This document shows, one piece after another, positions 1 to 8,902 of a stretch of DNA of 64,000 bases. A model generated the notes under the pieces. It ran no database searches and was not told where the DNA came from. It worked only from the letters and a program-made list of their open reading frames with translations. Origin of the DNA: an uncultured Methanolobus sp. (GTDB lineage: Archaea > Halobacteriota > Methanosarcinia > Methanosarcinales > Methanosarcinaceae); NCBI GenBank assembly GCA_963675495.1, contig OY776215.1:64001-128000 (forward strand), in the 5' to 3' direction. Every line of letters starts with the position of its first letter. Within the stretch, counting starts at the first letter, position 1. Both the position numbers and the translations under genes were made by a program.

Positions 1-555
1 GCCAGATACCCGGGGTATCCTATCGAAGAGAATGAGAGATTGCGTAATAACCGTATACGTCATCATTTTCTAACTTATTTATACACCTTTGCGACTTTTA
101 GACAGGTGAAAAAAGAATCTTCTCTTGAAGGCTTGCTTAAGTTTCACAAAAACAATCGTTTTCTTTTCATGAGCTACAATACTGAAATTCTGGCAGAAAT
201 GTCAGAATTACTGGGCTCAGGGAAAGATGTCAGACAGTTGTTCAATGAATATGAATCTTTGTTAAAACAGTTAATGAGAAAGCCCGGTTCATTGGATTTG
301 AAAATGGATACTGCAAGGAATATGTTTTCTATGTTTGAAGATACAACCCCGTCAGAGCGTTCTTTTTTTGAAAACATGCTTGGGCGTTTTAGCAATAACA
401 GTATAAGTGAAGATTCTGTCATTGAATTATTGAGAATGTTCGCATCTCGTTCTCAGGGCGAAGATGCTTATGAGGATACATTCCTGTATCCGTATCCTGA
501 AGAACTCAAAGCACTGGTCGATGAGAAAAGAGAAAAAGACTATTGGGATAAGTAA
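1..555 (+). CDS. DUF523/DUF1722 (YbgA-like) protein, 5'-truncated by the window edge
   Basis: Frame is open from base 1 (ARYPGYPIEENERLRNNRIRHHFLT...). The PxExxxRL...IRxHFL segment and the C-terminal FLYPYPEEL are typical of YbgA/DUF1722. Confidence 0.7.
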   Translation, partial: ARYPGYPIEENERLRNNRIRHHFLTYLYTFATFRQVKKESSLEGLLKFHKNNRFLFMSYNTEILAEMSELLGSGKDVRQLFNEYESLLKQLMRKPGSLDLKMDTARNMFSMFEDTTPSERSFFENMLGRFSNNSISEDSVIELLRMFASRSQGEDAYEDTFLYPYPEELKALVDEKREKDYWDK

Positions 556-597
556 TTTAAGTTACCGTTTGTTTTTTATGTTTATTTTTATGGTGAT

Positions 598-1707
598 ATG
601 ATGCATAGGTTTGAGGCAGAGATTAGTTATTGTATAGATTGTAAAAAATGCTGGGATGTCTGCCCTGTGAACATGGTTACCGAAGGTAACCGCTTCACTC
701 CACAGGGAAAGATTGAGAGTCTTGCAAAGATCGTTGCAGGTGAGGAGCTTACAAAGGATGAAATGGACAACATCTATCTTTCCACAAGATGTGGGGCATG
801 TGATGATGTCTGCCCTGTGAACATTCCTATCACAGATATCATTCAGTATGAAAGAGAACTGCTTGCAAAGCAGGAAAGAGAGCCTGCAAAGACCACAGCT
901 ATCTCGCGGAACATAATCGAGAACAACAGCCCTGGAAGTATGGACCCGGCAACAAGGTTTGATTGGGTAACAGATGACCTTGACCTTGCTGAAAGCTCTG
1001 ATGTTGCATACATGGCAGGCTGCTGGGTGGCACATAGCCAGCCTGACATTGCCAGAGCAACCATTCGTTTGCTCAATCATGCGGGAATAAGACCGATGAT
1101 ACTGAAGGAAGAGAAATGTTGCGGGCTTTTCCTCATCGACAACGGACACCTTGAGCAGGCGGCTGAGCATGCAAAGAAATTCGTTGATTATATTGAATCT
1201 CTTGGAGTAAAGAAACTTGTAGCCTCTTGTCCGGGTTGTTATCTGGTCCTAAGCCATGATTATCCTAAACTTTATCGTGAGCTTAACTTTGAGGTTGAGC
1301 ATTCTCTTAACATCTTTAAAGATTTGATCGCAGATGGCACGCTCAAACCCCAAAATCTCGATATGACCGTTTCCGTAAGGGATGCCTGTCCTTTGAGATA
1401 TTCAAAAGATGTTCCACGCAGTATACTTGCAAGCATGGGTGTGGAAGTGAAGGAAATCTTTGACGGCAAACAGGTATGCTGTGGAGGGCCTGCCGGTCTT
1501 AAACCAAATTTCCCGGAAATTGCGGCTGATATTGCCATGATGTCGGTAGACAGTTACAAGGATAAGACTGGTCTGCTGGTTTCGTATTGTCCTTTCTGCA
1601 TGCACCATATGGGAGGCGTGTGCAAGTCAAAGGATGAAGAGCTGAAAATGAAGGATGTTTCAGTGTTGCTGGCGGAAAGTGTGCTTGGTGATAGTTCCGG
1701 TCGTTAG
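598..1707 (+). CDS. Fe-S oxidoreductase (4Fe-4S dicluster plus two CCG domains; HdrD/GlpC-like)
   Basis: CIDCKKCWDVCP and STRCGACDDVCP ferredoxin motifs; two CCG domains (EKCCG...SCPGC; VCCGG...YCPFC). Confidence 0.85.
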   Translation: MMHRFEAEISYCIDCKKCWDVCPVNMVTEGNRFTPQGKIESLAKIVAGEELTKDEMDNIYLSTRCGACDDVCPVNIPITDIIQYERELLAKQEREPAKTTAISRNIIENNSPGSMDPATRFDWVTDDLDLAESSDVAYMAGCWVAHSQPDIARATIRLLNHAGIRPMILKEEKCCGLFLIDNGHLEQAAEHAKKFVDYIESLGVKKLVASCPGCYLVLSHDYPKLYRELNFEVEHSLNIFKDLIADGTLKPQNLDMTVSVRDACPLRYSKDVPRSILASMGVEVKEIFDGKQVCCGGPAGLKPNFPEIAADIAMMSVDSYKDKTGLLVSYCPFCMHHMGGVCKSKDEELKMKDVSVLLAESVLGDSSGR

Positions 1708-1734
1708 CTTAGTAAGAACAGTTTTTCTATCTAA

Positions 1735-1767
1735 AAAAGCAGTAATGCTGCTTTTATTACTTTTTTT
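1735..1767 (+). terminator. Hairpin plus T-tract after the Fe-S oxidoreductase
   Basis: AAAAGCAG-TAATG-CTGCTTTT followed by a T7 run. Confidence 0.5.
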
Positions 1768-1971
1768 ATCAATTTTCATATTGAATAGAGATATCTATAT
1801 AATACATTAGTTGTATAAAAAAGATAATATATTAATCTCATATCTTTTGTAAAATACCACGTATGGAGGGAATATTTTTGGACACTCATCAAATAGTTTT
1901 ATTCTCATTTTCTAATGTAAATGTACAGCCGTCGAGCACATCAACAAAAGCCAGTTGCAGGAGGTTCTGAT

Positions 1972-4389
1972 ATGAAATATATCCTCCTCGCGATTGCATT
2001 ACTAGCTATATTTGCATCACCTGTAAATGCAACATCCTACGTCGAAGCGACCAACGTGACTGGTTTTACAGGAGGTTTTAATCCTTTGGATGACGGTTAC
2101 GCAGGACCTTTAGAGATAGGTTTTGATTTTCCATTTTATGGAGTTAACCAAACAAATTTTAATGTAAGTACTAACGGATTTATTACATTTACTGATTCTG
2201 TGTATGATTATCAAAATGTGAACCTGACAAGCCGGACTGGAGGTGTTTCACTCCCTTCTGTTTTCCCATTTTGGGATGATCTACTTATAAATGCAAACGG
2301 TTATATTGTATATAAGGCAATTGCCGCTGGAGAATCTGGTAATCCTTATGGCACTGATGTGCTGGTAATACAATGGACTAACTGTGAATTTTATGGTGAA
2401 TCTCTGGCTATGGGTACTTTTCAGGTTCATCTGATATCCGATGGTAATATAACATTCAATTATAATGACTTGCTCTCAGATGATAGGTCATATGGTACGA
2501 GCGCTACTATTGGTATGCAGGAAAGTGGAACTAGTGCGAATTATACGCAATATTCTTCTTTTACCGATGCTGGCATCAGAAGCGGTGATGCAATAAGTTT
2601 TGCATATGATGGAAGCAATTACACCACTTCAGGTGCAAGCACGGATGATTTCTGGAATATGGTACTCTATAAGAATGGCAGTGTATTACCGCCTACCAAA
2701 CCCTATAACCCAGATCCATCACTTGGCGCTACAACATCCACCAGTCCGACTATAAGCTGGAGTTGTGAAAACGCAACCAACTACACTGTCAGGGTTTCAG
2801 TAAATGCTGACTTGAGCAGTCCATCATCTAATGATACTACGGAGTCATCACTAGCTCTTTCAAGTCTGTCTGAAAATACAACATATTATTGGCATGTGAT
2901 TGCCAGTAATGCCGGAGGGGAAACTCACTCTGATCTGTGGAAATTTACTACGGGCTCTGTTCCAGTTGCTAACTTCAGTTCCAATGTTACATCAGGAGCT
3001 ATTCCTCTTGCCGTAAATTTCACCGATTTATCTACTAATGCTCCTGCATCATGGTTATGGAATTTCGGTGATGGTAACACTTCAAGTTCTCAGAATCCAA
3101 CACATATTTACGTTACTCCGGGTACCTATAATGTAAGTCTGAATGCAACAAATTGCAATGGAAGCAATATCAACACTCAGGTGGCTTACATAACTGCTGC
3201 TTTTGCACCAGTTTCAAATTTCACGTCTAATGTCACATCTGGTGCTGTTCCACTTTCTGTAAACTTTACTGATCAGTCTACGAACACTCCCACTTCATGG
3301 CTATGGAACTTCGGTGATGGAAATACTTCAACAGACCAGAATCCGACACACACTTATGTTGCAGCAGGTAACTACAACGTTAGCCTCAATGCAACAAACG
3401 TTGGTGGAACTAACCTTGTAACTCAGACTGCCTATATTACTACCGCAGTTGCTCCAGTTTCAAACTTTACAGTAGATCTTACTTCAGGAGTAGCATCACT
3501 TGCTGTTTCTTTTACCGACTTCTCTACTAACACTCCCACATCATGGGCATGGGACTTCGGTGACGGTAGCACTTCGACAGATAAGAATGCGACACACATC
3601 TATGCGACTGCAGGCACCTATACCGTTAGTCTGAATGCAAGCAATGTTGGCGGCAGTAATGTCAGCATTCAGGTAAATTATATCACTGTAACTGCCGCAA
3701 GCTCAAGTAGTTCCAGTTCCTCAAGTTCAGGAACTCGTGCATCTGTCAGTCAGGGTCAGGATCCTGCAATAGTATCAAGTTCTGCTTCCTCTGTGATACG
3801 TGTCACAGGCGGTTCTGAAGTTAACTATGATTTCTCAGACAGTGGCACTCCGGTTCTTGGTGTCAGCTTTGATGCACAGGATGACAAAGGTCTTGTTGTT
3901 GCTAAGGTTCAGGTTCTTTCAGATGCACCTGAGGGCGTATCTTCACAGTCCGGTAATTGTTATCAGATGATGAGTATTGATGTTGGAAGTGAGGGTACCA
4001 TCAGCTCAGGAACTGCTGACAACATCATGATTCGCTTCAAGGTGAACAAGCAGTGGATAAAAGAGAACAACATAGATGTTTCCACCATCCATATGACCAG
4101 ATATCATGCTGAGCAGTGGAATAATCTGCCAACTTATCAGGAAAGAGAAGAAGGCGAGTACATCTATTTCTATGCTGAAACACCAGGATTCTCTATCTTC
4201 AATGTCGTAGGAGACACGATAAGTGAAACTTCTGAAGAACTAGTAAAAGCTTCAGCACCGATAGTTGAAGAAATGACTGAACCGGTTGAAGAAGAAGAGA
4301 CAAAAGACACTCCTGGTTTCACTGCTATTGCAGGAATTGTGTTTGTTTCACTTGCTTTGCTTGTGAGCAGGAAACAGAAGTCTGAGTAA
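1972..4389 (+). CDS. Secreted cell-surface protein: NIDO-like N-domain, FN3-like domain, 3x PKD, PGF-pre-PGF domain, PGF-CTERM anchor
   Basis: GGAGGT RBS before ATG 1972; signal peptide MKYILLAIALLAIFASPVNA; WxFGDG PKD motifs; poly-Ser linker; AETPGFSIF; C-terminal TPGF + TM helix + basic tail. Confidence 0.85.
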   Translation: MKYILLAIALLAIFASPVNATSYVEATNVTGFTGGFNPLDDGYAGPLEIGFDFPFYGVNQTNFNVSTNGFITFTDSVYDYQNVNLTSRTGGVSLPSVFPFWDDLLINANGYIVYKAIAAGESGNPYGTDVLVIQWTNCEFYGESLAMGTFQVHLISDGNITFNYNDLLSDDRSYGTSATIGMQESGTSANYTQYSSFTDAGIRSGDAISFAYDGSNYTTSGASTDDFWNMVLYKNGSVLPPTKPYNPDPSLGATTSTSPTISWSCENATNYTVRVSVNADLSSPSSNDTTESSLALSSLSENTTYYWHVIASNAGGETHSDLWKFTTGSVPVANFSSNVTSGAIPLAVNFTDLSTNAPASWLWNFGDGNTSSSQNPTHIYVTPGTYNVSLNATNCNGSNINTQVAYITAAFAPVSNFTSNVTSGAVPLSVNFTDQSTNTPTSWLWNFGDGNTSTDQNPTHTYVAAGNYNVSLNATNVGGTNLVTQTAYITTAVAPVSNFTVDLTSGVASLAVSFTDFSTNTPTSWAWDFGDGSTSTDKNATHIYATAGTYTVSLNASNVGGSNVSIQVNYITVTAASSSSSSSSSSGTRASVSQGQDPAIVSSSASSVIRVTGGSEVNYDFSDSGTPVLGVSFDAQDDKGLVVAKVQVLSDAPEGVSSQSGNCYQMMSIDVGSEGTISSGTADNIMIRFKVNKQWIKENNIDVSTIHMTRYHAEQWNNLPTYQEREEGEYIYFYAETPGFSIFNVVGDTISETSEELVKASAPIVEEMTEPVEEEETKDTPGFTAIAGIVFVSLALLVSRKQKSE
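2962..3699 (+). repeat. Three tandem 246-nt (82-aa) PKD-domain repeats
   Basis: Units start with CCAGTT at 2962, 3208 and 3454; each encodes PVxNF...FTDxSTNxPxSWxWxFGDG...YxVSLNA. Confidence 0.85.
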
Positions 4390-4405
4390 GTCTGACCCAA
4401 AATTG

Positions 4406-4436
4406 AAAAAAAACAAACGGGGAATTAATCCCCGTT
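4406..4436 (-). terminator. Terminator between convergent genes
   Basis: Inverted repeat AACGGGGA/TCCCCGTT (4416-4436), followed on the minus strand by a T-run. Confidence 0.65.
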
Positions 4437-4441
4437 ATATT

Positions 4442-6037
4442 CTATTTTGATAATTTCTTAAAGCATGCATCAATGTGTTCCTGCGAGTCTGGTTTTGTTA
4501 GCAGGCTTACTACCACAGCAACGATTATTGCCAGTGGAGTTGCGATAAGTATCGGATCAATAACGGTCCATGTACCTGTCAGGATGGTGTCAACACCAAA
4601 TATCGCTTTACTTATTCCAAGAGGAACAGCTTCTGATTTATGCACAAAAGCAAGCCAGAACAAGCTTGCAAAAGTTCCCACAAGCATACTGGCCGTTGCT
4701 CCCTGTCTGTTCATGCGCTTCCAGAACAGTGCACCTGCATACATTGGCAGGAATGCTGCTGCACAAAGCCCAAAGAAGATTGCTGTGGCTCTTGCAATGA
4801 TGCTTATTGGAAGTACATATGCTAGTATTACGCTTGCAATGATGGTTATTGCAATACCTGCACGGGTAATGTTAATGCTCTGTCCAAGCTCTCCTTTTTT
4901 TATATACTGGCGATAAAAATCATGTCCTATAGCTGTTCCCATGGTATGGAACTGGGAACTTAATGTGGACATTGCAGCTGCTAGCAATGCAAGCATAAAG
5001 AGTATAACAAAGACATCAGGCATGGCACTGTTAATGTATTCAGGAATTATAAGGTCTGTATTTCCCTGAGCTGCAACGACAGCGATCACGCCTTTTGTCT
5101 TCATGAAATAGACATTTGATAGTGCACCTACGGTGAATGCAACTCCTGTCATCATGAGAATGAAAGGTCCGCCAACAAGAACAGCCCTGTTAAGTGCCCG
5201 GGTATCTTTTACGGTCATGAATCTCACTGCAAGCTGGGGCTGTGCAAGCACACCAATTCCGACTCCAAGTGTCAGTGTTGAAATAAGCGTCCACCAGATA
5301 GGCGAGCCGAATGTTGGCATTGAAGTCCATCCCAGATGCCCTCCTGCTGCAAGACTTGCAGGTACCAGGTCATTCATAGCAGTAAGTGCAGAGTGTGCTG
5401 CAGTGATACCTCCAAGTTTGTCATATGTCAGGAAAAGCAATACTGCCATTCCCAGGAACATAAGCCCTCCCTGGAGGGCATCGGTGTACATGACCGCGAT
5501 GAGTCCGCCAGTAATAACGTAGGCTGCAACTATTATAGTAAGGATGAAGACTGCAACATCATAATCTATATTGAGTGTTGTTTCAACAAATCTTGCTCCT
5601 CCGATAAGTACGATACCTGCGTAAAGCGGCATGAACGTACCGATCAAAGCACCAGAGAATCCCTGTATGAATCTGGAGTTGAATCTTCGTCCAAGAAGTT
5701 CGGGGAATGTGACAGCTTCGAGTTTTGCCCCCATGCGTCTTGTCCTTGAGCCAAAAACAACAAAGGCAATGAAGATACCTACAACTATGGTCATGACAGC
5801 CAGCCAGAGCAATCCCATTCCAAGAGCACCGGCAGCTCCTCCAAAACCGACTATGGCTGAGGTACTTATGAATGTTGCACCATAGGACAATGCAAGGATA
5901 TATGGATGGATCTGTCTCCCTGCAACCATATAATCTTCGGTTTCCTTTGTTTTCTTATACCCTATCCATCCAAGATAAAAAATGATCATCATATAGATCA
6001 ATACAATAACTCCAAGTACTGGTGTACTTACAGACAT
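4442..6037 (-). CDS. Sodium:solute symporter (SSS) family transporter 1
   Basis: About 13 TM helices; DYMVAGR, ATFISTSAIVGFGG, GGLIAVMYTD and AAAMSTLSSQ motifs; ATG 6037 with GAGGTG RBS. Confidence 0.9.
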   Translation of the reverse strand: MSVSTPVLGVIVLIYMMIIFYLGWIGYKKTKETEDYMVAGRQIHPYILALSYGATFISTSAIVGFGGAAGALGMGLLWLAVMTIVVGIFIAFVVFGSRTRRMGAKLEAVTFPELLGRRFNSRFIQGFSGALIGTFMPLYAGIVLIGGARFVETTLNIDYDVAVFILTIIVAAYVITGGLIAVMYTDALQGGLMFLGMAVLLFLTYDKLGGITAAHSALTAMNDLVPASLAAGGHLGWTSMPTFGSPIWWTLISTLTLGVGIGVLAQPQLAVRFMTVKDTRALNRAVLVGGPFILMMTGVAFTVGALSNVYFMKTKGVIAVVAAQGNTDLIIPEYINSAMPDVFVILFMLALLAAAMSTLSSQFHTMGTAIGHDFYRQYIKKGELGQSINITRAGIAITIIASVILAYVLPISIIARATAIFFGLCAAAFLPMYAGALFWKRMNRQGATASMLVGTFASLFWLAFVHKSEAVPLGISKAIFGVDTILTGTWTVIDPILIATPLAIIVAVVVSLLTKPDSQEHIDACFKKLSK

Positions 6038-6162
6038 TAACACACCTCATCCTGAGCATCTTCTTCGTTCCACTTAAAAGCACCATAGATTATGCAACCG
6101 ATGGCACTGATAAAGCAAAGAATGTATGCTATCCATATCTGGGGATCATCTATACCAAGCAT
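6037..6162 (-). CDS. Small symporter accessory membrane protein (41 aa), not in the ORF track
   Basis: MLGIDDPQIWIAYILCFISAIGCIIYGAFKWNEEDAQDEVC; GAGGAG RBS; TAATG stop/start overlap with the SSS gene. Confidence 0.85.
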   Translation of the reverse strand: MLGIDDPQIWIAYILCFISAIGCIIYGAFKWNEEDAQDEVC

Positions 6163-6504
6163 TTTTCTTAATCTCCTCATTATTTGTGGTAAGTAATATC
6201 ACTATAAATCGTGGCAATTGCTATTCTAAACTACTATTTAAATCTGTTTAGTTGAATTTATAATAGATTCAACTTTGGCTTATGTGCTGGTAGAGATTTA
6301 AAAAAAAGGAAAAAAATAGAGCAAATGCACTAATCCTTGTATGATTTTAAAGAATTTGATATTGATGTGGAATGTATTGAAGATAAAAGATGTGTTGATT
6401 TTGCCGGTGGAAACTGTGCATGATGATTTGGGATGATATGAATGGATGTTTTAATCTTATATTTCAAGGAATCAGAATAAGACTAAATTGGACAAAGCTT
6501 ATCT

Positions 6505-6858
6505 TCAAATGTAATATTTAACGTAGAATCTGTAAAAAACTCTTATTTCGTCTAATTCTTTAGCTTCAACTTGAAAATCACTTTTATTTTCATTTGCAAC
6601 ATATGTCAGGTCGTTGAAGACTACTTCACAGTTAATGTTCTCAGGGAGTTGCGATTTGAAGCTGTCACATTTTGCTATGATTTCATGCAGCATTTTTTCT
6701 GTTTCAAGTGGCTCAAAGATTTTGTCATTGATAGGTGCGTAGACAACCTCTGTTGTCAATTTTTCCCTTCCTTCCAAATTCATCCAGAAACCGTTGACAT
6801 GTGCACCATCAATCATGTAATCCTTGATTTCGAAACTCTTGCTTATCACATTCTTCAA
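6505..6858 (-). CDS. Hypothetical protein (117 aa)
   Basis: Protein-like ORF with TTG start and AGGTG RBS; no motif recognised. Confidence 0.6.
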   Translation of the reverse strand: MKNVISKSFEIKDYMIDGAHVNGFWMNLEGREKLTTEVVYAPINDKIFEPLETEKMLHEIIAKCDSFKSQLPENINCEVVFNDLTYVANENKSDFQVEAKELDEIRVFYRFYVKYYI

Positions 6859-7027
6859 TTTGGAACACCTTTTGTTTTTATTTATATTGATTATTTAAAT
6901 CTGTTTTCATGAATTGGTTTCGAACCAAAGTAAAAATCTTACAAATCTTGAGAAGATGCTTGAATAAAAAAGAAATGGTTTTGAAGGTTATTTTCAGCAC
7001 CTGTTCAAAAGCCAAGTATTTTACTTC

Positions 7028-8440
7028 TTATTCACTTTCTGTCACAGAAGCCGGTCGTGGACTTGCCAGGCTTCCTCCCAGATATGCAACGGTACCAAAG
7101 ATCAAGCCGATGAACACCGGGTGGATGAGTGGATTGCCAAAGAGTTGCCAGAGCACCACTGAACCGAAACTTGCCACCAGGCTGGCGACAAATCCTGTTG
7201 CTGTACCACGGTCCCAGTAAAGTCCGAAAATAAGCGGTATGAAGACACAGCATGCGATAACACCCATGCTTGCGGACACCAGAGGTACTATCATCTGTGG
7301 CACATCCATTGCAAAGAATGCTGAGACTATAATGATAATAACTCCTACTATCCTTGTCATACGAAGCACCACATTATCAGGAGTTGCCGGACGCAGGTAC
7401 TTCAGGATATCTGAAGTAAGGGCTGTTGTCGTGACCAGTACAATAGCACTCATTGTTGACATGGCAGCAGAGATAGCAGCTAGCAGTACGATGCTATCAA
7501 ATCCACGGGGCAACAGTGATGTTGCTAAAAATGGTATCAAACCATCCGGATTAGTCATGAACGGAGCTAATTGCTCTGAGCTGAACACTCCGTGTGCCAA
7601 AACTCCCAGAGAGAAGATACATAGAGCGTAAATGGTGATGGATATTGGTCCATAGATGCCTGCAAAGCGTACTACTCTCCTGTCTTTGGCAGAGAACAAC
7701 ATAATCAGTAGATCGGGCAATGCCAGAAGGCCAAGACTTATGGAAAATGCCATTCCAAAGGTCTTTTGCCATGGAACTGCAGCTCCACTCATACTCAATA
7801 TGTCAGCAGGGACCATATCCCATATTGCCATTCCGCCACCACTTGAAATAAGTCCTGTGTATAGCAACACTGCACCCACAAGCATGATAAGTCCCTGCAG
7901 GAAACTGATCCAGATGATCGCAGGTAGTCCTCCAATAACATAGTAGAGAGCCACGATGATAACAGCTATGAGGAGACCTTGCACATATGTTACTCCAAGC
8001 AGACCCTGGAAAAGGTTGGCACAACCTTTGAAGATAGCAACCAGATATACTGTGTACATCAACAACATGATAGCTGCAAGCAGGACCTTACCTTTCTGTG
8101 AATTGTACCTGCGTTCCAGTAGTTGTGGAACGGTCTTGGCATCGTACTTCTGTGAGAACATCCATATTTTGGGTGCAATGATGAATGCAAGACAGGCAAA
8201 TGCCACGTGGAAGAAAACTCCCCAGATGACCCATGGAAGGCCGGCAATGAGTCCATATCCTCCGCCTCCAAGGAAAGAAGCGGCGCTGAAATACGCAGCC
8301 ATATATGCAATCCCTATTACCGCAGGATGCATCACATTGCGGTCTGATACAGCAAATCCTGAAAAGGTCCCCTGCTTTAGTTTCAGGGAAAGCAAAAGTA
8401 TCCCAATTATGTATAATACCAGAAGAATATGATTAAGCAT
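7028..8440 (-). CDS. Sodium:solute symporter (SSS) family transporter 2
   Basis: Polytopic membrane protein; AAYFSAASFLGGGG, YVIGGLPAIIW and SAAMSTMSA motifs. Confidence 0.88.
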   Translation of the reverse strand: MLNHILLVLYIIGILLLSLKLKQGTFSGFAVSDRNVMHPAVIGIAYMAAYFSAASFLGGGGYGLIAGLPWVIWGVFFHVAFACLAFIIAPKIWMFSQKYDAKTVPQLLERRYNSQKGKVLLAAIMLLMYTVYLVAIFKGCANLFQGLLGVTYVQGLLIAVIIVALYYVIGGLPAIIWISFLQGLIMLVGAVLLYTGLISSGGGMAIWDMVPADILSMSGAAVPWQKTFGMAFSISLGLLALPDLLIMLFSAKDRRVVRFAGIYGPISITIYALCIFSLGVLAHGVFSSEQLAPFMTNPDGLIPFLATSLLPRGFDSIVLLAAISAAMSTMSAIVLVTTTALTSDILKYLRPATPDNVVLRMTRIVGVIIIIVSAFFAMDVPQMIVPLVSASMGVIACCVFIPLIFGLYWDRGTATGFVASLVASFGSVVLWQLFGNPLIHPVFIGLIFGTVAYLGGSLASPRPASVTESE

Positions 8441-8441
8441 G

Positions 8442-8531
8442 TTAGCGCCTCAATATGAAATAGAATGTTGTGGCCAGCATGATCACGATAGCGATTATAA
8501 GATAAATGTAAGGTAAGGGCATTAGGACCAT
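8442..8531 (-). CDS. Small single-TM peptide (29 aa) upstream of SSS2, not in the ORF track
   Basis: MVLMPLPYIYLIIAIVIMLATTFYFILRR; purine-rich RBS (AGGAAGAG); stop lies 1 nt before the SSS2 ATG. Confidence 0.7.
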   Translation of the reverse strand: MVLMPLPYIYLIIAIVIMLATTFYFILRR

Positions 8532-8902
8532 CTCTTCCTTTCCATGATTTCGTTTTTGTTAATTATTGTTTTTAGACTGCTATAGGTCAATACCAATTAT
8601 GACTTCCTCCTCAAAAGGATATATCTATACTATAATGCTCGAGGATGTACAGTAACATTTAAAAAGGTTTTTGTTCGACCTCAGTTCTATAGCCTGCTAT
8701 TATTCAACTTACCAAAACAGTGTCATTAACTGTGATTTGCTGGTCTTTCCCGAACTAAAAAGTAATGACAAAACATTTATATTTCATCAAATAAGTGCAT
8801 AGGTCAGCATCAATGTATGAATATATGCAATGTTTCACGTTTCGGATGTGAATATATTGTTTGATTTTCTTTTAATCATATCCATTTATCTATTCAAGAG
8901 GA

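Noticed and set aside
2962-3729. Tandem DNA repeats and TCA/AGT-rich tract as a CRISPR array or satellite
   Set aside because: They are in-frame PKD domains and a poly-Ser linker.
6330-6467. Possible His/Ser-rich 45-codon TTG ORF (and an overlapping 24-codon ATG ORF) before a T-tract upstream of SSS1, as a leader peptide
   Set aside because: No RBS, and a separate TATA-like site lies between it and the SSS operon. It cannot be supported without conservation data.
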